From NCBI GenBank assembly GCA_030390025.1, contig CM059432.1, positions 92,320,001-92,384,000 of the forward strand: 64,000 nucleotides of DNA, written 5' to 3'. A model generated the notes under the pieces. It was given only the letters and a program-made list of their open reading frames with translations, was not told the DNA's origin and ran no database searches. This document shows, piece after piece, positions 36,527 through 50,072 of this stretch (positions are counted from its first letter, which is position 1; every line of letters begins with the position of its first letter). The DNA is from Squalus acanthias (taxonomy: Eukaryota). The position numbers and the translations under genes are program-made.

Positions 36527-38676
36527 GATCATAGAATCATAGAATGGTTACAGCACGGAAAAAGGCCATTCGGCCCATCAAGCCCGTGCCCGTGCCAGCT
36601 CTCTGCAAAAACACCTCAGCTAGTCCCACTCCCCGTAGCCCTGCAATTTTTTTTCTTTCAGGTACTTATCCAACTCCCTTTTGAAAGCCACAATTGAGTC
36701 TGCCTCCACCACCCTTTCAGGCAGTGCATTCCAGATCCTAACCACTCGCTGCGTAAAAAAGTTTTTTCTTACGTTGCTCACATTGTAGCGCTCCTCAGCT
36801 TCGTTCGATGGCCTCCTCATCAGTGTCATTAGCCATGTCTTCAGGAGATAGCCCTTGTCTCCAAGTAGCCATCCGGAAAGTTGGGCTGGCAGATTGAATA
36901 GCTGAGGCACAGTAGACTGCCGCAGGATGAACGAGTCATGGCAACTGCCAGGGAACTTGGTGCAAACATGCATAATGTTCTTCCTGTGGTTACACACCAG
37001 CTGGACGTTAAGGGAGTGAATGCCCTTGCGGTTGACAAATACAGCTGGGTTGTGATGGGGTGCCCTAATAGCCACATGTGCGCAGTCTACGACGCCCTGC
37101 ACCCTTGACAAGCCTGCCATATTTGCAAAGCCAACCGCACGCACGGTTACACTTGCTTCATCCGTGGAGAAGTGGATGTAATTGTGCGCCTTTGCAAAGA
37201 GGGCATCAGGTAACCTGCGTGATGCAGGCGTGTGCGGCCGACTGGGAGATGCCGCTGATGTCTGCTGATGATCCCTGGAAAGACCCTGAAGCAAAAAAAT
37301 TGAGTGCAGTGGTGACTTTGACAGCCACTGGTAAGGAGTGTCCACCCGCTCCTCTGGGCTCCAAGTGTTGGTGCAGCATTGCGCAGATGTCAGCGACTAC
37401 CTCTCGCGAAAGTCTCAGCCTCCTTTGGCACTGCTGCTCAGTCATGTTGAGGAAGCTCATCCTCTGTCTGTAAACCCTGTGTTGGGGGTATCTGCTGCGG
37501 CGAGGTGCAGCCCTGCACTGACACCCTCTGCCCTGTGCAACATCAGGTGGCTGAGGAGAAGGTTGGCGCTCCTGTTGTTGCTGCTGCTGTTATGCCTGGT
37601 TCTGCTGCTGCCGCGGCTGCTCTTCCTCCGACTCTGAGGACCAGGATGAGAGGGTATAAATGGTCCCATTCCGCTGGTATATATGTCAGTTGAGGAATAG
37701 ATGTTATAAGCGCTCAGTCAATGTGGGGAGAGGGTTTTCCAAGGAGGTCACAGTGCAGATGGATCTCAGCTTAAACACTTACAAGCTCAATAGACCTGCA
37801 AAATGTGTTCCAACACCTCAAAGCACAAAGTTCTGCCATCTGAAAGTCAGCCATATTACAGGTCCGCTTTTATGCTGCAGGTGCAGCTGTCAAGAATTCA
37901 GGTAGTTGCTGAACACGGCACAATCAGTTGGCGTGTTTGGCGCACGACGTGGAACACACTGAAAATGTCGTAAAATGGGACGAGCCTGCTAAAATGGGAT
38001 TATGTAGACAGTTAACAAGCTGTTAACTGCTTTAAGTGCCTCTCCCGCTGCTTGGTGTCGGGTCTGATCGGGACTCCCAGACCCGACACTTTGCAAAGTT
38101 GCGTGGAGGCGGGATGGCGGCGGGTTCACAACCCACCATCAATCAAAATGACTTTAACCTCTGACCCTCCTCCAAACCCGCCCTCTGAGCGCCGGCAAAA
38201 TCGCGGCCAATACTCCAGTTGAGGCCAAACAGGTGTTTTATATAGGTTCATCATAATTTCCACGCTTTTGTACTCTATGCCTCTATTTATGAAGCCCAGA
38301 ATCCCGTATGCTTTTTTAACTGCTTTCTCAACCTGCCCTGCTACCTTCAACGATTTGTGCACATATACCCCTAGGTCTCTCTGTTCATGCAGCCCTTTAG
38401 GATTGTACCCTTTAGTTTATATTTCCTCTCCTCAAAATGTATCACTTCACATTTTTCTGCATTAAATTTTATCTGCCATGTGTCCGCCCATTCCATCAGC
38501 CTGTCTATGTCCTCTTGAAGTCTATCACTATCCTCCTCTCTGTTCACTATGCTTCCAAGTTTTGTGTCATCTGCAAATTTTGAAGCTGTGCCCTGTACAC
38601 CCAAGTCTAAGTCATTAATATATATCAAGAAAAGCAGTGGTCCTAGTACCGACCCCTGGGGAACACCACTGTATAC
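36527..38676 (-). mobile_element. CR1 family E copy split by a Harbinger insertion plus deletion (36527-36770 and 38209-38676)
   Basis: YSGVPQGSVLGP, FADD, ...QLEY| on the right. [10 protein letters not shown]... and AGAATCAT tail on the left. Confidence 0.9.
36771..38208 (-). mobile_element. Harbinger transposon: 5' TIR plus HARBI1-like transposase (frameshifted, C-terminally truncated)
   Basis: [88 protein letters not shown] at 38208. Confidence 0.93.
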
Positions 38677-39499
38677 CAGGGTGCTCTTGATGATTGACCA
38701 GGCAGCTTGACTTATTGATTGGACCTGGAGGGGTAAACCTGTAATTGGGGCTGAGATTCTTCCCACTAGGCTCGAGATAACCCTGGAAGCCAATACCCTA
38801 ATGGGTAGGGTGATTCTAGTGATAATGCAGCAGGAAGCCTACCACTCCAGCAGTACCCCGATGCAGTCTTGGAAATTGCTAAGCCTTGTCTCTTGACAAC
38901 CGCACCTAAGATCTCCGCAGCTCAGTAAATGGAATGTGTCCGTACGGTCAGTTTGTTCTCCACATCAGGCAAGTGGAACCTCTACGTGTGTGAATTTCTC
39001 AGTAGTTTGGCTTTGTTTGGCGACCTTCAAGATTGATGATGGGTTTCTGTGCATGTCAGACATGCGGCTGACCAAAAGGAATGTGTCATTTGTCTTTCTG
39101 TTTATGGTACAGTATGCTGATTGTCAAAGGAATGAGGAGGAGGAAAGACTATGACACTTTAAACCAGCTGCACTTACTTCTCCTTTATGATTTACTATTG
39201 AGTGCTGGGTGTAACGAGTTCACACAATGATTGTAATGAATAGATAAGTACTACAACTGAGTGTCGCATTTCCATAGGACTGACAGCTGTGAAATCCTGA
39301 TATCAATGAACTTTAAAAATAAGTGCAGGTACCAACTGCCTTATAGCCTAAGAAAATGACAGACAGGATGCCCACATCTAGTTGCTACTGAACTCATTTA
39401 AATAAATCCCACACAAGGCAAAATCATATTTAAAAAATAAAGATGACATAAAATATGGTCAGTATGTGATCAGTGATAAAAATGGGATTTTCAAAAGGC

Positions 39500-40690
39500 T
39501 AAAACAGCTGTGCGAAGACTTAGCTCAATTCCTGATCACCGCCGTCCTTATTCGGCCCATTGTGTAGGCGGCTGAGGTGCCTGGCTGACTCAGGCGGCAG
39601 TCTAATTAATACATGCAAATCAAATACCTTTCAGGTCATTAGGATCCCGATGGCATTTTAATGGCCTACTGAGCGGGGCGCCCGTCGCAGACGCCCTAGT
39701 CAATAAAACGTAGCAGAGAAGAAAAGGAGGCCCTCTAAGCTAAGTCAAAAAGTTTCCTTAGTGGTGCAATGAGCAGCAAAAAAGTCTTGGGCCCCGATAT
39801 TTACAGGGAGGTGGGGAGGACGAAAATGGCCGGGGAATGTGTTGAGTCTGGGGACACGGAGGTCCTGCCAAATTTAACAGCAGGACCTCATTATAATTTT
39901 TTTCTTCCGTTTCCCGCCCAGCAGCCAGCCAAGGTGACAGGCTGGCAGCTTTCGGGTGGGAAAACCAGCAGCAGGAGGCCGCAGCCGGGGACCCTTGGTG
40001 ACAGTCCCCAACAATCAAGAGGAAGGCCGGATCAGGGCTTTGAGGGGTGGGAGAGAGAGGCACTACTGCTCCTCCTGGCCCACATGGAGTGCTGAAAAAG
40101 GCACTTAGCTTCTTGAGGTAGTAACTCCGATTTCCTTTTTACTGTCGGGTTCCCTGAACCCTGGGAAACCCACGCGGCCACTATTAAATTTAAATCAGGC
40201 TCCCAATTGCAGTGTGGGAGCCTGATTTAAATCTGTTAATTAAGTGCCCCGCCTCCCCACGGCGAGACACGCGCACGCCACGAAACCCGCCGCCATGAAA
40301 ATGGCGCCTACGCGGCAAGTTGGGGGCTCGTTCCCTGTTTTTTAATTTTTAGTCCCCTCCTGCGCATCGTGGGGGGATGGGGTTAATATCGAGGCCCTGT
40401 CCTCTGCTGCCCTGGCTTCCCCACACCCCCCACCCTTCCCACCTGCAAAACAGCCCCGATTCCAGCCACATCATGGTGGGCGGCCTCTGGGCCCTGCGAT
40501 TCTGACCTGCCTGAAGCCAGCCAGCTGACTCTTTCTGCCCGTCCCGGGTGGGCAGTGGACCAGCTGTATACAAATGAGGCCCAGGAGTTAAAATAGCCAA
40601 TGCTTCAAACTAATGACATTGAGCGGGTTTGACACTCGCCTGTCCGCCACCCACACAAATCCCAATCCCAGTTAAAATTCCCCCCCCCCC
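39500..40690. mobile_element. Cluster of GC-rich non-autonomous DNA transposon (Harbinger-like) fragments
   Basis: Termini such as GGGGCCCGATATT (39789), AATATCGAGGCCC (~40385-40397) and TTAAAATTCCCCC (~40672-40685). Boundaries uncertain. Confidence 0.55.
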
Positions 40691-41299
40691 AAAGTACATG
40701 ATCAGCCTTGGCTTCAGAAAATTGGTCAAATCAGAGCAAGTCTGCAGCTAGCGCCAGAGCCCAGCTTTTGTGTAACATTGCAGGTGCATTATCACATGAT
40801 ATATGTGTCAGCTTTCAATTGCCAATTATATCCTCTCCAATTTTTCCTAATTTTGCAGCAAACTGCCAAGGCTATCCTGATACCTCACATCAAATTACCC
40901 CATCTGAAGTGGAGAATTAAAAAGACATTTTTTATTGCTCCCTGGACTATTAGAACTATCAAATCTAAAAGGTTTTGTGGTATCCCAACCTTACAAAAGA
41001 TTCCTTTTCAAACAAAGGATGATAAAAGCTCCAATTAAATTGAACGAGGAGGGAGACATCACAAAACAGAAAATAAATGACAAAAAGCAATGATTTATGG
41101 AACAACAAACCTGCAAAGAATATTGGGCCACAAGATACTGCGATCCAAAGGATGAGTAGGTGATGTAATCTACATTCACTGTGGTTACTTTTTCCACAAC
41201 CCCCTGTTTTGTTTTGAAGGGTCACATCCAAAATATAAAATTATCTTTATGTAGGAGAGGGATTTTAACTGGGAGTGGGTTATGCGGCGAGCGCCAAAT

Positions 41300-41730
41300 C
41301 TGCCCGATCCAAAACTCCGCTGCCTGTATCCGAGTCCCATTCACCCATCACACCATGCTCGAATTTAATATTGTCATCCTTGTTTTCAAATCCCTCCATG
41401 GCCTCGCCCCTCCCTATGTCTGTAACCTCATCCAGCCCTACAACCCACCAAGATATCTGCGCTCCTCCAATTCTGACCTCTTGCGCATCCCCGATTTTAA
41501 TCGCTACACCATTGGCGGCTGTACCTTCAGCTGTCGTGGCCCTAAGGTCTGGAATTTCCGACCTAAACCTCTCCGCCTCTTGGCCTCTCTTTCCTCCTTT
41601 AAGACGTTCCTTGCCCTGATATCCCCTATGAGGCTAGGTGTCAAATTTTGTTTGATAACGCTCCTGTGAAGCACCTTAGGACGTTTTACTACATTAAAGG
41701 CGCTATATAAATGCAAGTTGTTGCTGTTGT
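41300..41730 (+). mobile_element. L2-type LINE 3' end
   Basis: IQNSAA..., LVFKSLHGLAPPY, YLRSS, and tail GGCGCTATATAAATGCAAGTTGTTG. Confidence 0.85.
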
Positions 41731-41749
41731 TATTGTTGATATGATCAGT

Positions 41750-42297
41750 TTGAGCCCAGGCCTACTTTAACTCCTAGGCCTCATTTGCATCCCTGCCGAC
41801 CAGCTGCCCGCCCAACACAGGTGGAAAAAAACAACTGGTCGGCTTCAGACAGGTCAAAACCGCAGGGCCCAGAGGCCTCCTGCCAGCACCAATGTAAGTG
41901 ATGGGGGTGGGTGGGAAGGGGGGGACACCTGGAGCAGCAGAAGCCCAAACTTTCCTTGTGAGGGCCAGAGGAGCACACCTGCTTCACCTGACCCCACTAA
42001 GGAAAACTTTGACTTGCCTTTGGACTTACCTCCTCTTCTTCCCTGCTAGGTTTTACTGATCAGGGCGCAGTTAAAATGCCATCAGGACCCTAATGACATT
42101 ATAGGACCCCAATTAGCATATATTAATGAGGCTCCTGCCCGAGTCAGGCGGACACCTTTGCCACCTAAAAATAGGGCTCAGTTAAGATGGTGGTTGGAGG
42201 GAATGGAACGGAAACAGGTCATTAAGTCATCGCACAGCTTTTTAAACTGTGTGCCCACCCTGTTCCCATCGGGTGGGGTAGGTTAAAATTCCCCCCT
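41750..42297. mobile_element. Harbinger-like MITE fragment
   Basis: Ends GGTTAAAATTCCCCC. Internal similarity to the 39500-40690 cluster. Confidence 0.5.
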
Positions 42298-43352
42298 TTC
42301 AGGTGCTGACCATTCCGCTGAGCGCTTCCAATGTTTCTACTCCTAGTTCAGGGTTTCGACATTCGTAGTTTTATCAACCAACAACAGAATCATTTATCTG
42401 ATTTATACCACACACTATGTAAGTACCTTGTTGACATTAAAACTATATATTGCCTATTGTGCCATGTGCCAATTTGTGGAAATGTAATGGATTAGTACAG
42501 TCCTGATTTCAGCTAAAAAAGCTGTGCAATTCTGTAGTATAGTTGGCATCAGGCCCCCAATTCCATTTTCACTGTTATGGAGAAAAGATGGGAGGCACAG
42601 GGACATAATATAAAAGGGAATTAATCTTGAAGAACTGTGACTCAGAATGCAGATAAGGAGAAAAGAAAGGAGGAGAATTAAGATAGATACTGCAGTAGGG
42701 ACAGGATAGAGACGGACAGGTCAAGAGAGACTGACAAACTGGCAAGGGACAGGCTGGTGCTCAGGCAAGATGGAGAATGAGAAGTCAGGAAGAAGAACAG
42801 TAAAATAGGATGGTAGAAATGGGTGCTTGGGTGAAATGGAAAATATAAGAGGATAGCAGCAGAAAAAGCAATTTGGCCTATCCAACTGCCTAATCAGTTA
42901 GATCTGTGTACACTATCTATTTGAGCCATTTGCATCTCCTTGCTGCCTTGGCACAAATCCCATATTCCCTATGCCTTACTGAATCAGGAATCTATCCATG
43001 CACTTTTCAATAACTAAGCCCACATTCAATGTACGAGTTAGCTGCCGACTCAATCATTTTAAAGACTGCTTTTTGTGTATTTTAGCACATCTGTGCTGTG
43101 GAAATGATGTTTTATTCAGTCAATGCATCAGTTCATGCCATCAAATGAACTGCAACTTGTTTTTGACGTGCTTTTGTATTGCTGTACTACAATTTAATTT
43201 GTCACAGAGAGCAATGTCTTCACTCAGTGTGTGAGGAAAGATAGAATGGTGATTTCCTTCCACCTACCAGAAGCAAAAGATAAACAGCACATAATCCATA
43301 ATTGAAATGATACAAAAAAAATCACAAAAGCTGTTTGGAACATCTGACTTAC

Positions 43353-43565
43353 TGGGTGTCAGGCAGAGAGAAATTTGTGAAATTATGAAACATGAAAGAA
43401 TAAAAATTGTGGGTCATGCAGAGATGAAGCAGCTCCATGCAGGTTCCACCGGCTCACTTTTACAGACCTCCGAGCAGCTGCTCAGGAGCAGGATTGGCTT
43501 TGGGTTGGCAGCATGCTGGCTGCTTCACCCCTCCCCAAATCCAGACGCTATAAATCCCAGGAGGG
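43353..43565 (-). pseudogene. Decayed exon (between CCDC142-like and KIAA0825-like parts)
   Basis: Strong acceptor ttttctctcctttctAG| and donor |GTAAGT. The frames I translated contain stops. Confidence 0.5.
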
Positions 43566-44708
43566 CTAGAAAGGAGAGAAAATCTTGGGGAAAAAAGAGT
43601 AATGTATCACAATAAAAATAAATAAGTAAACTAAAACTAAGTATCGAAGCACCACTTTTGCTCTGATTGGAAGTCAGCATATTTTGCTTTGTGGTAGTCA
43701 CAGAAAGTATCATTAAAATGAACAGAATTTTGGTGAATGCCTTCCAGCCAGTGCAGTAATACTGTCTCTGCCCCTCCTCAGATACGCACACTCAAACTTA
43801 ATGTGCCACAGGAAATAATCACATGAAGACAGAGCATGACCCAACATAGAGTGACAGGTAGGAAGTGTGGCAGGACAAAGAGATTACAGGCTGGATGCTA
43901 ATGTGCAGTGTGAGGAGGCTAATGTGATCCATGCAGTAATGGAAGTACATTGGCAACAGAAGGCTCTTGCAGAAGATGATGAAATCAATTCTAATGGATA
44001 AGTACTCTTCACAAATAAACAATCACTTCTCAGGCCATACAAATTGTATTTAAAATATAGCAATTTATTTGTAGCATTATTGCTATCTCTACGGCAAAAA
44101 AGAATAGCTTACATTCTTTGAAAAAGATTTATTATGGAAAAAGCTAAAATATGAAGTTTTATGTTTTGATACAATTAAATTAAATGCAAGTAGGTTGATA
44201 CAAGTAACAGCAGCTGCCCAAACCCAAGATGTATTGTTTAGTTGCTTGTCCTGTGGTTATTCTATTGTGCACACCCCAGGCTGTGCGGTTTATCATTTAA
44301 TTATTTTCAGTCATTGAATAAAATCACAAATCACACGTTTCAAATGACAATGCTTAATGTGTTTCTTGTTACAAGAAAGGGGAAGCAGTATATACAGATA
44401 TCCGTGAAGGAATGAGTGCATCACTACCATGATGCCTGAATACTGTTAACTGCCATCATAATTATGGCAAACATAAGTGCTTGGACATTCTGATACCAGA
44501 TATTCACTTCATGTAAGGTACCTATCACTTTTAACATTTTATCACTATGGTTGGAAGGCAACCAATTTTATTGAATGATCCAATTATCTCAGACATCTTT
44601 AAACTACTGAAGCCTTGTTTTGTATCTGGATCATTTTGCTATTATTCCATTCAAAACAATGGAAACTTTGTAGACAGCCATTTATCAAAGAGATTTTAGT
44701 TGTCAATA

Positions 44709-45032
44709 CAGGTTGAGCGTCCCGAATCCGGCAACCTCGGGACCGAGGCCGAGCCGGTTTTCGGGTTTTTCCAGACTTTGGAACGTGTTTCTGATGTCCG
44801 AAGTTCGGAAACGCCCGAGCCCAGGTTGCGATATTTCCGGACTTCGGACATCAGAAACACGTTCCGAGTCCGGAAATACCTGGGCCCAGGTTGCGTTTTT
44901 GGTAAGCCTCCCTCAGGGTGTCCGGATTCCGGAACATTTTACGGATTCCGGACCCCTGCCACCAATCGTCCCGGAGTCCGGATTCCGGAACATTCCAGAT
45001 TCCAGAACTCCGGATTTGGAACGCTCAACCTA
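44709..45032. mobile_element. pogo/Tigger-like (Tc1-mariner) MITE
   Basis: TIR CAGGTTGAGCGT.CC.AATCCGG at both ends. TA TSD (44707-44708, 45033-45034). Multiple TCCGGA repeats. Confidence 0.88.
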
Positions 45033-45084
45033 TACAGATAAAATGTAACACACGGAAATCCACTTGCATGCAAGTTTGATAAAA

Positions 45085-46295
45085 AATAAACTTAAACTGA
45101 TCCAAAACTCTGCTGCCCATGTCCTAATCTGTACCAAATCCTGTTCACCAATCACCCCTGACCTACAATGCCTTAAATGTAAAATTCTCATCATTGTGTT
45201 CAAATCCCTCCATGGCCTCACCTCTCCCTATCTCTCTAACCCCCTCCAGCCCGTCAACCCTACAAAAATCTGCATTCCTCCAATTCTGGCCTCTTGTGCA
45301 TCCCCCACTCCAATTGGCCCTCCATTAGTAGCCGTGTCTTCAGCTGTCTAGGCCCTAAGCGCTGGAATTCCCTCCCTAAACCTCTCCACCTCTCTCTCCT
45401 CCTTTAAGAACCTCCTTAAAACCCCATGGGGGAAAAATTGAGTCACGCCCCATTGGGGCGCTAACTTCACCAGGGCGCTACTTTTAGCGCCCCGAAAAAA
45501 ATTGGCACCCCCGCGGCCAAAATTCATCAGTAGCACCCCAAGAGGGAAGCGGGGTGCTACTGGAAGCGCCCCGCCTCCCTCTTGGGGCGCTGCGAGGGAA
45601 GATCGCGGCGCTACGTGCCGCGGTATTGCAGGCCTTCCTCCCCTTCTTAAAGGGGAGGGGCCTTGCACAGCACGACCCGGGGCCCAGTTGGGCCACCAGG
45701 ATCGGAGTGCCGGCAAAAGAGCCCGGCACTCAAGAGAAGTGCCGGGCTCATGGAGCGCAGCCGGCACTCCGCGGGGGGGTTGCTCAGGAGGCCAGGGATG
45801 GCAGCGGAGGCAGGCGCTGACAGGCGGCCAGCAACAAAAATAGCCGCCCGGCACCTCGCCTTTAATTAGCGCCGCCATGGCCGCAAGTAGGACTCCCCTG
45901 ACCCCGTCGGACATAGCGTCCGGCGGTAAGTCAGGGGGCGCTACCGAAGATCGCGGCCGGGGCGCGAGCGGGGTGCTGCACATGGCGATGATGTCATCGC
46001 CAGCGGCACAGCGCCACAGGTCGCTAACAGTTACCGCCGCCGCTAACCTCCCATTAAATTTCGCTGGAGGCATTGGTGGCGCCGCGCCCAGGCGCTAGTG
46101 CCCTCTTAGGGCACTAACGGGAGGCGCAAAGCAAACGAATTTCTCCCCCCATATCTCTTTGACCAAGCTATTATTCACCCCTCTTAATATCTCCTTCTTT
46201 GGATCGGTTAATTTTTGTCTAATTACGTTACTGTGAAATGCCTTGGGACATTGTCCAACATTAAAGGCGCTATATAAATACAATTTGTTGTTGTT
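45085..46295 (+). mobile_element. L2-type LINE 3' end interrupted by a MITE
   Basis: KLKLIQNSAAHVL...VFKSLHGLTSPYL, and tail GGCGCTATATAAATACAATTTGTTGTTG. Confidence 0.82.
45428..46149. mobile_element. Harbinger-type MITE (sister family of 15868/46499)
   Basis: TIR GGGGGAAAAATT / AATTTCTCCCCC. CAT TSD. Shared 3' subterminal ccctctta.ggc.ctaacgggaggcgcaa. Confidence 0.88.
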
Positions 46296-46498
46296 GCTGC
46301 TTGCAATTTTTGTAAATCAGAATTTTACAGCATTCATTCTTGTGCTGTTGGCTCTAACTGCATTCAGCTCTATAAATACAAATTCTACCTTTATAAAATG
46401 AACAACTGAAGTCTGAGAGAAAATTTCAGGCAAATATTTCTCCCTAATATGTACCTAGAATTAGTTGTGAATAGCAATCTAATCATATTTGTATTATA

Positions 46499-47389
46499 GG
46501 GGGAAAAATTCAGTATCGCCCCATTTGGGGCGCAATTATCGGCCGGGCGCAAAAATTAGCACTTGGCGCTAATTATCACCTCCGACTGCAAACTTGGCTT
46601 TTATCGCCCCTGGAGGTGTTTGGAGCGCTAAATCAGGCGCTTCACACCTGTCTTAAGGTGCAAAGGCCGAGGAGCGAGGCGCTAACTCAGAGCGCTGGCG
46701 AAGCTCATGTGATGTCAGTCAGCAATGTAACACAGACACAGTGGCGCTGGCCAGTTCTTAAAGGGGAGGGTTGATCTTGCTCTCCATCCACATCCTGCTC
46801 ATTGCAGCCTTGAATCTCAGCCTGGAGAGACCTGTACATCAAATCTGCTGGAAAGAACAATGGAGAGGCCCAGGGATAGAGCTCAGAGTGCAGCCTCCAC
46901 AGTCTCTTCTAAATCGATACAAGGAAGGGCAAATCAAAATGAACCTGCAAAGTGCTGCTCAGTACCCAAAACTCCTTCACACAGCGTTGAATCTCACCAG
47001 AAGTCTCTCTCTCTCTCTCAGAATGCGTGGTGCAAAAATGTCACCAACAATAAAAGGCAGGAAGCGGTCGCCTATAAATAGCACTCCCCCAGTCCCTTCC
47101 TGACTGCTAAACGCTCCCCTCAACCTGTCTTTGCTAATGGCAGGCGGTAAGGCAGGGGGCGCCACTCAATATCCACTCCGGGGCGCTACCAGGGCGTTAC
47201 GCACTCGACTGACGTCACGATCCACCGGCGCAGGAGATTATGGCGGTAGTGTTTAGCGCCACCGCAAAATGTCTAGTTAATTTCGCGAGCGGCGCAAACA
47301 TCGCCGCGCCCAGGCGCTAGTTGCTTTGCACCCCATTAGCGCCCTCTTAAGGCGCTAATGGGAGGCGCAACCAACTGAATTTTTCCCCC
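46499..47389. mobile_element. Harbinger-type MITE, copy 2
   Basis: ATA TSD. Colinear and highly similar to 15868-16762. Confidence 0.9.
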
Positions 47390-47869
47390 ATAATCTCCAG
47401 TTGTGCACTTGGAATGAGGTGGAACTTATTTAAGATTGTCCAGCTATACTTGAAAAGGACTTTGGCCTAGGAGACCCAATGTAGTGTGGCCGTAGTGTCC
47501 CTGGAGCGAGGCAGTGTTCTCTTAAAGCTAGCCTGTCATTTCAGAAAGCAGTGTCGAGCCCTTAAAGGGGATAATAAAGATAATTTCAAAATATGCAGTC
47601 TTTGGCCTTAGAGCTCAACTGCCTTCAGAAAAAAAAATAAACATTAAAAATAATTCCAAAATGGCAGTCTTCAGCTCTTAAAGGTGAACTGCCTTCTGCA
47701 TGTAAAAAATGGTAAAAGTGGTTCAGCTAACACAAATGGCTCAACAAGCCAGGGGAGGGGCAACCAGGGTCACGCACGCAGCACTCCAGCTTTGTGCAGG
47801 GGGTCAACACTACAAGAGAGATCCTCTACCCACAGGTGCCAGGAAGCCCTCCAGAAAGAACAATGTGGG

Positions 47870-48709
47870 ACCACATGCAACAAGACCTGGACGACGTTCA
47901 GGCTTGGGCTGAAATGTGGCAGGTAACATTCGCGCCACAGAAGTGCCAGGCAATGACTATCTCCAACAAGCGAGAATCTAACCACTGCCCCATGACATTC
48001 AACGGCATTACCATCACCGAATCCCCCACCATCAACATCCTGGGGGTCACCATTGACCAGAAACTTAACTGGACCAGCCACATAAATACTGTGGCAACAA
48101 GAGCAGGTCAGAGGCTGGGTATTCTGTGGCGAGTGTCTCACCTCCTGACTCCCCAAAGCCTTTCCACCATCTACAAGGCACAAGTAAGGAGTGTGATGGA
48201 ATACTCTCCACTTGCCTCGATGAGTGCAGCTCCAACAACACTCAAGAAGCTCGACACCATCCAGGACAAAGCAGCCCGCTTGATTGGCACCCCATTCACC
48301 ACCTTAAACATTCACTCCCTCCACCACTGGCGTACCGTGGCTGCAGTGTCTACCATCTACAAGATGCACTGCAGCAACTCGCCAAGGCTTCTTCGGCAGC
48401 ACCTCCCAAACCCGCGACCTCTTCCACCTAGAAGGACAAGGGCAGCAGGTGCATGGGAACACCACCACATCTAAGTTCCCCTCCAAGTCACACACCATCC
48501 TGACTTAGAAATATATCGTCGATCCTTCATCGTTGCTGGGTCAAAATCCTGGAACTCCCTACCTAACAGCACTGTGGGAGTACCTTCACCACACGGACTG
48601 CAGCGGTTCAAGAAGGCGGCTCACCACCACCTTCTCAAGGGCAATTAGGGATGGGCAATAAATTCTGGCCTTGTCAGCAACGCCCACATCCCCTAAACAA
48701 ATAAAAAAA
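47870..48709 (+). mobile_element. Family A LINE, 5'-truncated
   Basis: MQQDLDDVQAWAEMWQVTF...MTFNGITITESPTINILG, HHHLLKGN, and A tail. Confidence 0.93.
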
Positions 48710-49689
48710 GATCACCGAGACCGTCACTTCCAGCAGTGTCACCCCCACCACCTGGCTCCAGTGCCCAAAGAAGTTTCATGACCTCAGACCAGTGGTCAAG
48801 TTCAGTGAATGCATTTTCAAAAGCCATCTCCTACCAATTGCACCACTAGCCTCACTGCTCATTGCACGACCCACCCCATCCACCTCCCGCCCCCCCCCCC
48901 CCCATGCATCACTCACCTAATGGCAATCTCTACCAAACACGAGACACACCTCACATTCCTAGCTTCACCTCACCTCCTTGGAGAAGACGGTGCTGGCCAT
49001 TCTTGGCAGGGGCATGGCTGAGCCCTTGGTCTGTGGTGGGGCTGAAAGGATACAAGATGCTGGTATTCTCATACTTTATCCTCCTTCTCACATCCCACTT
49101 CCCCCTCATCCCAGAATCTCTTCTGATGTACAAGCTGTGTATGGTGTAAGTATGCAGCTCTTGCTTTCCCACCACCGCCCCCGCCCGCCCCCCCCCCCAC
49201 TCACAACAACCCTGCCCTTGTGCCTTCCTCATTTCAGACACCCAAGGAATCCAGCCTGCCCAGCCAGTGATTGACCAAGAAGAGGGAGAGGAGAGTGAAG
49301 AAGAAGAAACACCGTCACTCAATTTGACACTCCCAACCAGCAGCTCCTTGAGGTCATCCTGCAAGGCTATCTGCAGTCTCCCCCACTGAAAGTCAGCAGC
49401 CTTCCACCAGCCATGCTGCAGCCACTGGGGTAGCACTGCGTGACATCACTAGGATAGGCAAAGGCAGACGCAAGACACTCATTAAGGGAATGCAGAAGGG
49501 AATGCAGAAGGATGATCAGTTGATTTCTTGATGTCATATTGGATGCATAGATGGATAAAGTTGGATTGGAAAGTTTGCTTTGTGGTGGCTTTTATTTCAG
49601 CATTGTGGCCAAGAGGATGCTGTGATTCTCAGTAACAGAGGGAAGGTAAGGTGTGCGACAAATGTTGAAAGGGGAATTGGGGTTATGGT

Positions 49690-50072
49690 CATAGGAACAT
49701 AGGAACAGGAGTACTCCAACTAGCTCCTCAAGCCTATTCCGCCATTCAATGAGATCATGGCTGATCTGCGACCTAACTCCATATACCCGCCTTTGTCCCA
49801 TATCCCTTAATACTTTTGGTTAACAAAAATCTATCAATCTCAAATTTAAAATTAACAATTGATCTCGCATCAATTGCTGTTTGCGGAAGAGAGTTCCAAA
49901 ACTCTAGCACCCTTTGTGTGTAGAAGTGTTTCCTAATTTCACTCCTGAAAGGTCTGGCTCTAATTTTTAGACTATGACCCCTAGTCCTAGAATCCCCAAC
50001 CAGCGGAAATAGTTTCTCTCTATCTACCCTTAATATCTTGAAAACTTTGATCAAATCACCCCTTAACCTTCT
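49690..50072 (-). mobile_element. CR1 3' fragment
   Basis: RTRGHSLKIRARPFRSEIRKHFYTQRV, and (CATAGGAA)n tail. Confidence 0.88.

Noticed and set aside
36620..37345. 241-aa ORF as a novel transposase-RT fusion or domesticated HARBI1
   Set aside because: It is a chance in-frame junction from a deletion joining a frameshifted Harbinger transposase (missing its catalytic Glu region) to a CR1 tail.
45348..46098. Long GC-rich overlapping ORFs or a CpG island as a gene or promoter
   Set aside because: They lie almost wholly within a TIR/TSD-bounded MITE, and stop scarcity is due to GC content.
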